From the NCBI GenBank assembly GCA_944391445.1, contig CALXTL010000004.1, forward strand, positions 20,572-84,571: DNA of 64,000 bases, written 5' to 3'. Below, in pieces: positions 17,618-25,017 of the stretch; position 1 is the first letter of the stretch; the number at the start of each line of letters is the position of its first letter. The notes beneath the pieces are model-generated. The model was not told where the DNA came from and searched no databases. It saw only the letters and a program-made list of their open reading frames with translations. This DNA is from an uncultured Alphaproteobacteria bacterium. GTDB lineage: Bacteria > Pseudomonadota > Alphaproteobacteria > RF32 > CAG-239. A program made the translations under genes and the position numbers.

Positions 17618-18499
17618 ATGCTGAGAAACCTGTTTAAACTGTTACGCAACACCTTTTATCACTTGATCATCCGCCTCATACCCGTTTCAGCGCCGCGAAA
17701 GAAATACTATGTTTCTTTATGCGCCATTTTCCGCAACGAAGGCGCTTATTTGCGCGAATGGCTCGAATTCCACCGCCTCATTGGCGTGGAGCATTTTTAT
17801 CTCTACAACAATTTTTCCGATGATAATTTCCACAAAATCCTGCAACCCTACATCACAGCCGGCCTGGTCACGCTCATCGACTGGCCGCACAAAAACGGCC
17901 AATCCAGCGCCTATAATCATTGTCTGCAGCACTATAAAGACGAAACTTCATGGCTTGGTTTTATTGATTTGGATGAATTTGTGGTCCCCAATCGCTATGC
18001 AAACCTTGGCGAATGGTTGCAAAAACATCAAAGACTGCCGATGGCTTTTGCTTATTGGAAATTTTTTTCAACCAAAGGACGCATGCAAGAATCACCGGAT
18101 ATTTTGGTAACCGAGAGCTCTGACGTTGCTTCTCATCTGCAGCAAATTCAAAAAATGTTTTTTAACACCGCCTGGTACCCTTTTATTAAAAATTTTCATA
18201 TTGCACACCTGGCCAAACTGAAATATTTCGGGACTTTTGTTCCGGACAAACCCATGCTTTTTTATGGTTTTCAAAACGGCATAGACGACCCGGACATTCA
18301 AATTAATCATTACTATGGCAAAAGTTATGAATACCAGCATAACAAAAAAATTGCATACGGCTCCCCAACTGTCAAAAACAAACACGACTTTGAACAATTT
18401 TTTAATATTGAAAAGAAAGCCTGCTACCACGACGGACACATTTTCCCGTGGCTTATCCGGTTAAAATTGGCTTTGCAAAAAGAAGTGAAACGCCAATAA
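17618..18499 (+). CDS. Glycosyltransferase family 92 (DUF23)-like protein
   Basis: CAIFRNEGAYLREWLEFHRLIGVEHFYLYNN...WLGFIDLDEFVVP matches the GT92 pattern, including a DxD-like DLDEF. Confidence 0.6.
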   Translation: MLRNLFKLLRNTFYHLIIRLIPVSAPRKKYYVSLCAIFRNEGAYLREWLEFHRLIGVEHFYLYNNFSDDNFHKILQPYITAGLVTLIDWPHKNGQSSAYNHCLQHYKDETSWLGFIDLDEFVVPNRYANLGEWLQKHQRLPMAFAYWKFFSTKGRMQESPDILVTESSDVASHLQQIQKMFFNTAWYPFIKNFHIAHLAKLKYFGTFVPDKPMLFYGFQNGIDDPDIQINHYYGKSYEYQHNKKIAYGSPTVKNKHDFEQFFNIEKKACYHDGHIFPWLIRLKLALQKEVKRQ

Positions 18500-18510
18500 A
18501 TTGCCCTAAA

Positions 18511-18542
18511 AAAAACGCAGTCCGAAAACTGCGTTTTTTTTA
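18511..18542. terminator. Bidirectional intrinsic terminator between the convergent GT92 gene and the hydrogenase operon
   Basis: aaaaa-acgcagt-ccgaaa-actgcgt-ttttttt. Confidence 0.6.
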
Positions 18543-18555
18543 TAACAACAAAGCT

Positions 18556-20016
18556 CTAACTGATCTTAGTTTCCGGTGTCAGCGGCTCGCCGCTCTGAGC
18601 ATAAGCATCAACTGCCCGCGCTGCCTTTTTGGACAAAGCAATACATCCGGGCCCGGAGACACAACCGCCCTCGCAGCACATCACCTCAAGCATGTTATTA
18701 TCGCCGCCTTTGTTGGCATAGCGTTTGAGCAGCTTAATATTTTCTTTAGTCAGACCGTCAACTTTTTCAGTGCGGATATCAAATTTATCTCCGACCAGGC
18801 TGGCTACCGCACCGGCCACACCGCCGGTTACCGGAAATTGCCGTCCCTGAATATGAGAAACTCTGCCAAGAGGCAGCTCTTCGCATTCGTCAACATTAAT
18901 CCCCGCGGCCACCAACATGGCGCCAAGCTCTTCAAACGTCAAAACATAATCAACATTAGGATCCCATTCCGCCTCAGCCCTTTTGGCCAGACACGGCCCG
19001 ACAAAAACAGCCACGCAATCCGGTGTCTCTTTTTTAACCAGCTCGGCCGTATAATACATCGGCGTCTTGGTATCCGAAACAAATGGCTTCAGCTCAGGAA
19101 TATGCACCTGCGCAGCTCTGAAATAAGCCGGACAGCAGGAAGTTGTCATAAAAGGTTTGCCCTCTTCCATGCGCTCAACAAATTCGGCAGCTTCTTTTTG
19201 TGTGGTAATATCGGCTCCGACAGCAACCTCAATCACATCGCTAAATCCAAACTTTTTAAGCGCGCCGACCAAATTATTCAGAGATCCGGGAAACTGGCCG
19301 GAAATCGCCGGTGCCAGCATGGCAACGACTTTTTTATTTGTTTCTTTAATCTCTTTCATCACATCAATCATCTGCGAGCGTTCGACAACGGCACCAAACG
19401 GGCAGGAAGCCAAACACCGTCCGCATGAAATACATTTTTCGGCATCAATATGTTCTTTACCAAACTCATCCTTGCTGATCGCGCCAACCGGACAAGCTTC
19501 TTCACACGGCACCGGAATCTTAACCACCGAATGATACGGACAGACTTCAAAACATTTACCGCAGTTAACACATTTGTCAGGATCAATATGCGCCCGGCCT
19601 TTAACAATAGAGATGGCTTCTTTCGGGCAATTCAGACGACACGGCTGCGCAAAGCATCCGCGGCAAACATCGGTAATGACGTATTGCGACTTGACACAGG
19701 CTGAACAGGCAATATCAATCACCGAAAGCTTATTTTTCGGTGCCGTTTTGCGCGCAAGCGCCTGTTGTCCGTATTCCCGCAAGCTGGTTAATTCATCCTG
19801 CTCTTCCTCCGGACAATGGCCAAGCCCGGCCATGCACCGATATTTCAGAACCGCGCGATCTTTATAAATGCAGCAACGGCTCGGCTGCATTTCCTTCGGG
19901 CGCAGCTCCAACGGGATTCGGTCGGCATTGGCAAATTTGTCATGCAGATAGCTTTCGGCCAGTCTGATCAGGATTTTAGTGCGCATTAAGTTTGCATTAT
20001 TTTTGGGTATCAGCAT
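18556..20016 (-). CDS. [FeFe]-hydrogenase, catalytic type (monomeric, N-terminal ferredoxin-like 4Fe-4S domains; group-B-like / HfsD-like)
   Basis: H-cluster motifs are intact: L1 TTSCCPAY keeps both Cys, L2 is VGPCLAKRAE, and L3 is EVMCCEGGCVSGPG. Several CxxCxxCxxxCP ferredoxin motifs lie upstream (CVNCGKCFEVCP, CISCGRCLASCP). Confidence 0.8.
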   Translation of the reverse strand: MLIPKNNANLMRTKILIRLAESYLHDKFANADRIPLELRPKEMQPSRCCIYKDRAVLKYRCMAGLGHCPEEEQDELTSLREYGQQALARKTAPKNKLSVIDIACSACVKSQYVITDVCRGCFAQPCRLNCPKEAISIVKGRAHIDPDKCVNCGKCFEVCPYHSVVKIPVPCEEACPVGAISKDEFGKEHIDAEKCISCGRCLASCPFGAVVERSQMIDVMKEIKETNKKVVAMLAPAISGQFPGSLNNLVGALKKFGFSDVIEVAVGADITTQKEAAEFVERMEEGKPFMTTSCCPAYFRAAQVHIPELKPFVSDTKTPMYYTAELVKKETPDCVAVFVGPCLAKRAEAEWDPNVDYVLTFEELGAMLVAAGINVDECEELPLGRVSHIQGRQFPVTGGVAGAVASLVGDKFDIRTEKVDGLTKENIKLLKRYANKGGDNNMLEVMCCEGGCVSGPGCIALSKKAARAVDAYAQSGEPLTPETKIS

Positions 20017-20044
20017 TTCCTTATAAACTCTTAACTTTAATCAA

Positions 20045-20311
20045 TTAACTTTTCTTTAGCTGCTCGCGGATTTTACCGACAACTTTTTCATAAGTGGCCT
20101 CTTCCACCAGCTCATCATTAACAAACACAAAAGGACCGTTACGATATTTTCTTTTAATATCTTTACACAGACTCATACATCTTTCTTCAACGATCTCAAT
20201 ATGATCGGCAATATCCGCCGGCGCGTTAAACTCCAAAGACTGGATTTGAGCCGCCCCCATAACAAAACAGGAGGTGCCAACGCAGATTCTGACTTTCACT
20301 TTATTTGCCAT
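20045..20311 (-). CDS. Small thioredoxin-like [2Fe-2S] ferredoxin-domain protein (copy 2)
   Basis: 88 aa. Cys pattern CVGTSC ... CMSLC, as in NuoE/HydC-type 2Fe-2S domains. It is a paralogue of the 23282..23548 product. Confidence 0.6.
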   Translation of the reverse strand: MANKVKVRICVGTSCFVMGAAQIQSLEFNAPADIADHIEIVEERCMSLCKDIKRKYRNGPFVFVNDELVEEATYEKVVGKIREQLKKS

Positions 20312-20328
20312 CTTTTTAAGGTCCCTTT

Positions 20329-21504
20329 CTATATGTATCTGGTAGTGATTTCCTTCAGGTATTTGTCTTGCAAAATCCTGACGATTTTTTTGACGATATT
20401 GCGGCGGATTTCAAGCTCCATCGGCAAATTGGGATCCTGATGCGCGATGTTGATCTTAGTTCCCACCACAAAATCAATTTTATCGCTGTCCAAAAGCAAT
20501 TTGGCCAGACGGGTCGCCCCGTTGTTCTTATCGGGATCAATGCCTTCTTTTAGCATACGGTACACATCAGTCAAGGTTAAAATGCCTTCCGTAACCAAAT
20601 CGACCCCCTCCATTGTTGAGCACATCGGGATATGCTCATCAAAAGAAGTCTTATCAACCTCACATTTCAAACACAGCTCGCGTTCAATAATATTGGCGGT
20701 TGTTCCGCCGCAGACGGCTGTTTTTCCGTCATAAGAAGAAACAAGTTCGGCAAACTCGGCATCGCGTTTTTCATCAAATGGCGGTCCGGTCAGCACCAAA
20801 AGCTTGCGCGGCTTCCTGAAATAGAGAACCACACAGCTGATATCATCGCCGGCTTTTTTTTCAACTTCTTTGTTCAAAGCCTCCTGCACAATTGCCTGAG
20901 CCAGATCACTGGCAGATATTGTCGGATTTTTCCGAATTTTTTCCAACACAAAATCAAGACACCCCTGGCGCTGCCATCCAAGCGGATAAAGACGGTTGCC
21001 AAGCCCTGCCTGCGTAACGCCGTCCGACATCAGGATAATTCTGTCTTCTTCAAGATTCGTCACCTGAGAGATATTAATCGTGCGGTCTTTCCACCTTTCA
21101 GAATAAATCTCGCGATATCGGACATTAAGAGCTTTATCATCGCGAATCAACATAAACGGAGGATTATCCATTTCAAAAATTCTGGTTTTACCGTCAAGCT
21201 GCGTATCTACCACCGAAAAAGTAGCATAACTGATCTTGCGGATCTGGCACACCGGCAAGGCATCCATCATGACTTCAGAAGAATGCATGAGTTCCATATT
21301 GCTTTCCACAAATTTCATGGCCATCCGCGTTGTCATGGACGACAAAATATTCGCTTTGACGCCGCTGCCCAGACCATCCGACAAAATCGAAATAATTCGC
21401 CTTTCTTCAGGAATTTTTTTTGAATAAATCGTATCGCCGAAGCAGTCTTCACCATATTTCTGCTGCTGAGCCGAACCGATTTCAATAAACAGTGCGTCAT
21501 TCAT
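20329..21504 (-). CDS. PP2C/SpoIIE-family protein serine/threonine phosphatase with an uncharacterised C-terminal half of about 160 aa
   Basis: GEDCFGD...ISILSDGLGSGVKANILS...ILMSDGVTQAG...DDISCVVLYF is a SpoIIE/PP2C pattern with its metal-binding Asp residues. The start lies 3 nt after the hydS stop. Confidence 0.75.
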   Translation of the reverse strand: MNDALFIEIGSAQQQKYGEDCFGDTIYSKKIPEERRIISILSDGLGSGVKANILSSMTTRMAMKFVESNMELMHSSEVMMDALPVCQIRKISYATFSVVDTQLDGKTRIFEMDNPPFMLIRDDKALNVRYREIYSERWKDRTINISQVTNLEEDRIILMSDGVTQAGLGNRLYPLGWQRQGCLDFVLEKIRKNPTISASDLAQAIVQEALNKEVEKKAGDDISCVVLYFRKPRKLLVLTGPPFDEKRDAEFAELVSSYDGKTAVCGGTTANIIERELCLKCEVDKTSFDEHIPMCSTMEGVDLVTEGILTLTDVYRMLKEGIDPDKNNGATRLAKLLLDSDKIDFVVGTKINIAHQDPNLPMELEIRRNIVKKIVRILQDKYLKEITTRYI

Positions 21505-21507
21505 GGC

Positions 21508-23289
21508 TCAGAATTTCCTTTCTGTTGAATTCGTCCGCACCTTAACGCCTTCGTTTTCCCGATCGGCTGCGGCATAATCTTTGGCAATCGAACGCAACAA
21601 AACCTCCGTTTCCGCCATATGTTCACCCAGCGTGCAGGCAATTTGCTGCACGGTAGCCAAATTTTTATGAATAACTTCTCTGGCTTTCTCGGCGATTTGT
21701 TCTTTATGCATTTCTGCGTTGGTCACATCTTCGATAATCCCGCCGACACTTTGTTTTTTTTCAATATTAAAAACAACCACATCATACATTTTGTCATCAT
21801 GATGCACATGTTCTTTATGAATATCCTGCTCCAGTTCAAGCGATGCCGAGAATAAATTGGTAAAACTGATAAAATCCCGCAAATTTGCGCCGTACAGATT
21901 ATTATAATCATACATATCGGCATGTTCTTCTTCATTCCAGAATGCATCTCGAAACTGATCATTATATTCCATGATATTGAGCTTGGCATCCGCAATCACA
22001 ATCGGCGACGGAATACAGCGGATCAAAGCGTTAGCTTTGCGTTGAGCCTGTTGTTTCATATGCGAGACGCACATCTCCGGTTCAGCCTTGCCGGCAAGCA
22101 GAGCACAGGCAAAATTACGGCATGTATTATAGCCGCAGCCGCCACAGTTCAGCTCGTCTTCCACACTATACTTGCCAACTTTGGCCAAAGCCTTGCGGAT
22201 ATCGTTTTCGCTGTATGTCTGCTGCATCGGCGTAATATCCTGCGCCTTGTAATTTTGCGCAATATTATAATTGGCCCTGCGCGAAGCAGCTTCATCAAAT
22301 GCCGCGTTTTTCAAAACTTCCATCCGTTTCTGCAAACCTGAAGCTTTGTTGCTGGTGCACGGACCGGAAACACAACCGCCATAACACGCCAAACATTCCA
22401 AAAACGTCGGCCGGTTCAATTTTGCAGGATCAATATGCGTCAGCTCTTCCTGCAAACTATATATGCCGGTAATTTGTGTCATGTAAACATTTTCGGGCAA
22501 ATGATAAGGCCTGATAGTCTCGATCATACCGCCCTCAATTGGATAAGCGCAGCCTTCTTTGGCATTATCCAACGTAAAGACATCAAACACGCCCGGCGTT
22601 ACTTCCTCCGGTTTAATATTTTCGTCTTTCAGCCACTGGCGTAAATCTTCAAAGCTCAATGCCAATGATAACAAATCGGGGTGACGATCCGCTTCAAACT
22701 TTTTGGCAATGCAGGGACCGATAAAAATTGTTTCAATATTTTTACCGAATTTTTCTTTCAGCATCCGGCAATGCGCCAGCAGCGGAGAAGCCAGATTTGT
22801 CAGACAGCCTGTCAGCTCGGGCAAATATTTTTCAACATATTCGACCACGGCAGGACAAGCCGTTGAAATAAACAGTTTGTTTTCTTTCTTTTCAGCCGCT
22901 TCCCGAAGCAGAGCAACGGTTGCCGCCGTCACCTCCTGAGCGCCGAGCGCTGTTTCGCTCACGCCTCTGATCCCGAGCCGCCGGATTGCCGCAATCATTT
23001 GCTCTTTGCTGTAATCCGGAAATTCAGTCACCCAAGAAGGCGCCAGAGATACATAAATTTCTTTATTGCTGGAAACCAAATATTTCGCCCGAGCCAAGTC
23101 GCTTCTTGGCTGCTTGGCATGCGCCGGACAAACTTCATAGCAGATTCCGCAGGCAATACACAAATCCGGCACGATCATGGCGGAATTATCTTCAATCTTA
23201 ATGGCCTTTACCGGACAACGACGAACGCATTTATAGCAGTCCTGACAATCATTTTTAACGGTATAAAGAGGAAATTCTCTGTTAGACAT
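21508..23289 (-). CDS. hydS: Sensory-type [FeFe]-hydrogenase-like protein (HydS / group C-like): 4Fe-4S ferredoxin domains, H-domain, C-terminal Cys4 motif and PAS-like domain
   Basis: L1 is ISTACPAV, with the first Cys of TSCCP replaced by Ala. L2 is IGPCIAKKFE and L3 is LACYGGCVSGPC. These are followed by CGGCGYNTCRNFAC...C and then a PAS-like stretch (IPSPIVIADAKLNIMEYNDQF). ATG at 23289 is preceded by GGAGAG; the 23379 start is an extension. Confidence 0.75.
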   Translation of the reverse strand: MSNREFPLYTVKNDCQDCYKCVRRCPVKAIKIEDNSAMIVPDLCIACGICYEVCPAHAKQPRSDLARAKYLVSSNKEIYVSLAPSWVTEFPDYSKEQMIAAIRRLGIRGVSETALGAQEVTAATVALLREAAEKKENKLFISTACPAVVEYVEKYLPELTGCLTNLASPLLAHCRMLKEKFGKNIETIFIGPCIAKKFEADRHPDLLSLALSFEDLRQWLKDENIKPEEVTPGVFDVFTLDNAKEGCAYPIEGGMIETIRPYHLPENVYMTQITGIYSLQEELTHIDPAKLNRPTFLECLACYGGCVSGPCTSNKASGLQKRMEVLKNAAFDEAASRRANYNIAQNYKAQDITPMQQTYSENDIRKALAKVGKYSVEDELNCGGCGYNTCRNFACALLAGKAEPEMCVSHMKQQAQRKANALIRCIPSPIVIADAKLNIMEYNDQFRDAFWNEEEHADMYDYNNLYGANLRDFISFTNLFSASLELEQDIHKEHVHHDDKMYDVVVFNIEKKQSVGGIIEDVTNAEMHKEQIAEKAREVIHKNLATVQQIACTLGEHMAETEVLLRSIAKDYAAADRENEGVKVRTNSTERKF

Positions 23290-23548
23290 TGTTCTCTCCG
23301 CCGGAGTTATTCTGATAATGTTTTTCCAAAATATCATAAAGCATACCGCTTTCGACATTATTATATTCAACATCGTCAATCGTCACGTTTGGCCCTTTGG
23401 AGCATTTATCGCAGCAACGCAGACCTGTCAGCTCAACCTCGGCATCCAAATGATGACTTTCCAGAAAATTTTGAATTGTCTGAAGATTTTTGGCATTTCC
23501 GCGGGCAAAGCAGGAACTGCCCATACACACTTTAATTGTTGAAGCCAT
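23282..23548 (-). CDS. Small thioredoxin-like [2Fe-2S] ferredoxin-domain protein (copy 1)
   Basis: 88 aa. Cys pattern CMGSSC ... CCDKC. Its stop overlaps the hydS start (ATGTCTAA), an 8-nt overlap. Confidence 0.6.
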   Translation of the reverse strand: MASTIKVCMGSSCFARGNAKNLQTIQNFLESHHLDAEVELTGLRCCDKCSKGPNVTIDDVEYNNVESGMLYDILEKHYQNNSGGENNV

Positions 23549-23724
23549 ACGCCCTCCGGGTCAAAAAAATATCCTAATGAATTATACAGGCAGACCCTCG
23601 AAAACGCAACAGAAATAGTGCTTATCAAAATTTATTTTTAGCTGGGGAAACCCGGGTAATTTTCTTGCTATCGCCGCAAAGCGGGATTATGATATCAGGC
23701 AGATTATCACGCTTTGAGGATAAA

Positions 23725-25017
23725 ATGTCGCAAACAAACAGATTCATGGCCGAAAAAAACCTGTTGGAAACGCTCGACCGCATCGCGCGCAACCAAGCGG
23801 CTTATTCGGTACTTTATGTCAGTTTGTCAAAATTAAAGCCCAAAAACCGGCACCCGTCGTTTATCAAAATTATCGCCAAATTATTTGATGATCTGGTCGG
23901 CGCCGCCGAAGGCATGATGTTTATTCTCAACAGCGGCGACTTTGCCATTCTTGGCAAAAACATCACTTCGGCCATTGTGGCCGATGCGGTTGACAAACTG
24001 CGCCAGGGGCTGGCTTCCGACCCGATTTTGTTTGGCTCAAATATTTCCGAATTTGCCCGTCTTTACCATTTTCCCGAAGACTTCACGACCCTCTATGAAT
24101 ATATTGAACATCAGATCAGCAACGCTCCCCCGCCGGATTTTTCCAATCTGAAATATCCGGTTGAAGCCGCGCAAATGGAAGGTGTTCTGGCGCATCTTGA
24201 TGCCATCAATGTGGCCGATATTGTCAAACATCAAAGTATCATTCGTCTGAAAAACGCCAACCATTTTGAATTGATGTTCCAGGAATTTTTTGTTGCAGTC
24301 AAAGATCTCAGCGCCAGATATGACAAAGACGTCGACCTGACAGCAAACAAATGGCTGTTTTTATACCTGACACAAACACTTGATAAAAAAACGATTGCCT
24401 CTTTTCAGGTAGCCGAACTGAAACACTGGCCGCACCGTGTCAGCCTGAACCTGCATTTATCCTCTGTTTTTACGCCGGAGTTTGATAACCTGGCAGACAA
24501 CGGCCTGCCGTCGCAGCCGCAGATTATCGCCGAAGTCCAGATGATGGATATTTTCAACCAACTGGATAGTTATTTTGAAGCCAAAGAAAAATTGCATGCG
24601 CACGGACACCAAATTTTGATCGACGGACTAATACCCGAAACATTGTCTCTAATTGACCTGAACCACCTTGCTCCGGATCTGATCAAACTGTTTTGGAACC
24701 CGATGATGGAATTTGACACCGATAATCAGGAACTTCGCAAAACCATTGAGCATTTTGGCAGCGAGCGTGTTATTCTTGCCAAATGCACTGATGAAAAAGC
24801 GCTGCGTTGGGGAATATCATATGGCATTCGCGCTTTTCAGGGGCCATACATGGATAATCTTGAAACAGCCGTCATTCGCGCCCGTTGCCCCAACGGACAA
24901 ATCTGTTCGGCTACTGATTGTCTCAAGCGTCGCCGGCTGATCACCGGAACAGAACGCCGGCAATGTCCGTATATTGATTTTTTGGAAAATTCGCTGGAAC
25001 AGGAAAATGGAAATTAG
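23725..25017 (+). CDS. Hypothetical signalling protein, paralogue 1: degenerate GGDEF-like N-half, degenerate EAL-like C-half and a Cys-rich tail
   Basis: N-half: VLYVSLSKLKPKN...MMFILNSGDFAILGKN, with NSGDF in the place of GGDEF. C-half: FQEFF, SLNLHLS, IIAEVQ, ILIDGL, LIKLFW, AFQGPY lie where EAL, N, ExxE, DDFG, KxD and QG normally sit. Tail: CPNGQICSATDC...C. ATG at 23725 follows GAGGA. Assignment is by eye only. Confidence 0.45.
   Translation: MSQTNRFMAEKNLLETLDRIARNQAAYSVLYVSLSKLKPKNRHPSFIKIIAKLFDDLVGAAEGMMFILNSGDFAILGKNITSAIVADAVDKLRQGLASDPILFGSNISEFARLYHFPEDFTTLYEYIEHQISNAPPPDFSNLKYPVEAAQMEGVLAHLDAINVADIVKHQSIIRLKNANHFELMFQEFFVAVKDLSARYDKDVDLTANKWLFLYLTQTLDKKTIASFQVAELKHWPHRVSLNLHLSSVFTPEFDNLADNGLPSQPQIIAEVQMMDIFNQLDSYFEAKEKLHAHGHQILIDGLIPETLSLIDLNHLAPDLIKLFWNPMMEFDTDNQELRKTIEHFGSERVILAKCTDEKALRWGISYGIRAFQGPYMDNLETAVIRARCPNGQICSATDCLKRRRLITGTERRQCPYIDFLENSLEQENGN

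Noticed and set aside
18448-21423. Plus-strand ORFs of 326 aa (18448..19428) and 263 aa (20632..21423) opposite the hydrogenase and PP2C genes
   Set aside because: The minus-strand products carry complete, ordered H-cluster and PP2C motifs. The plus-strand translations are R/N/F-rich low-complexity sequence.
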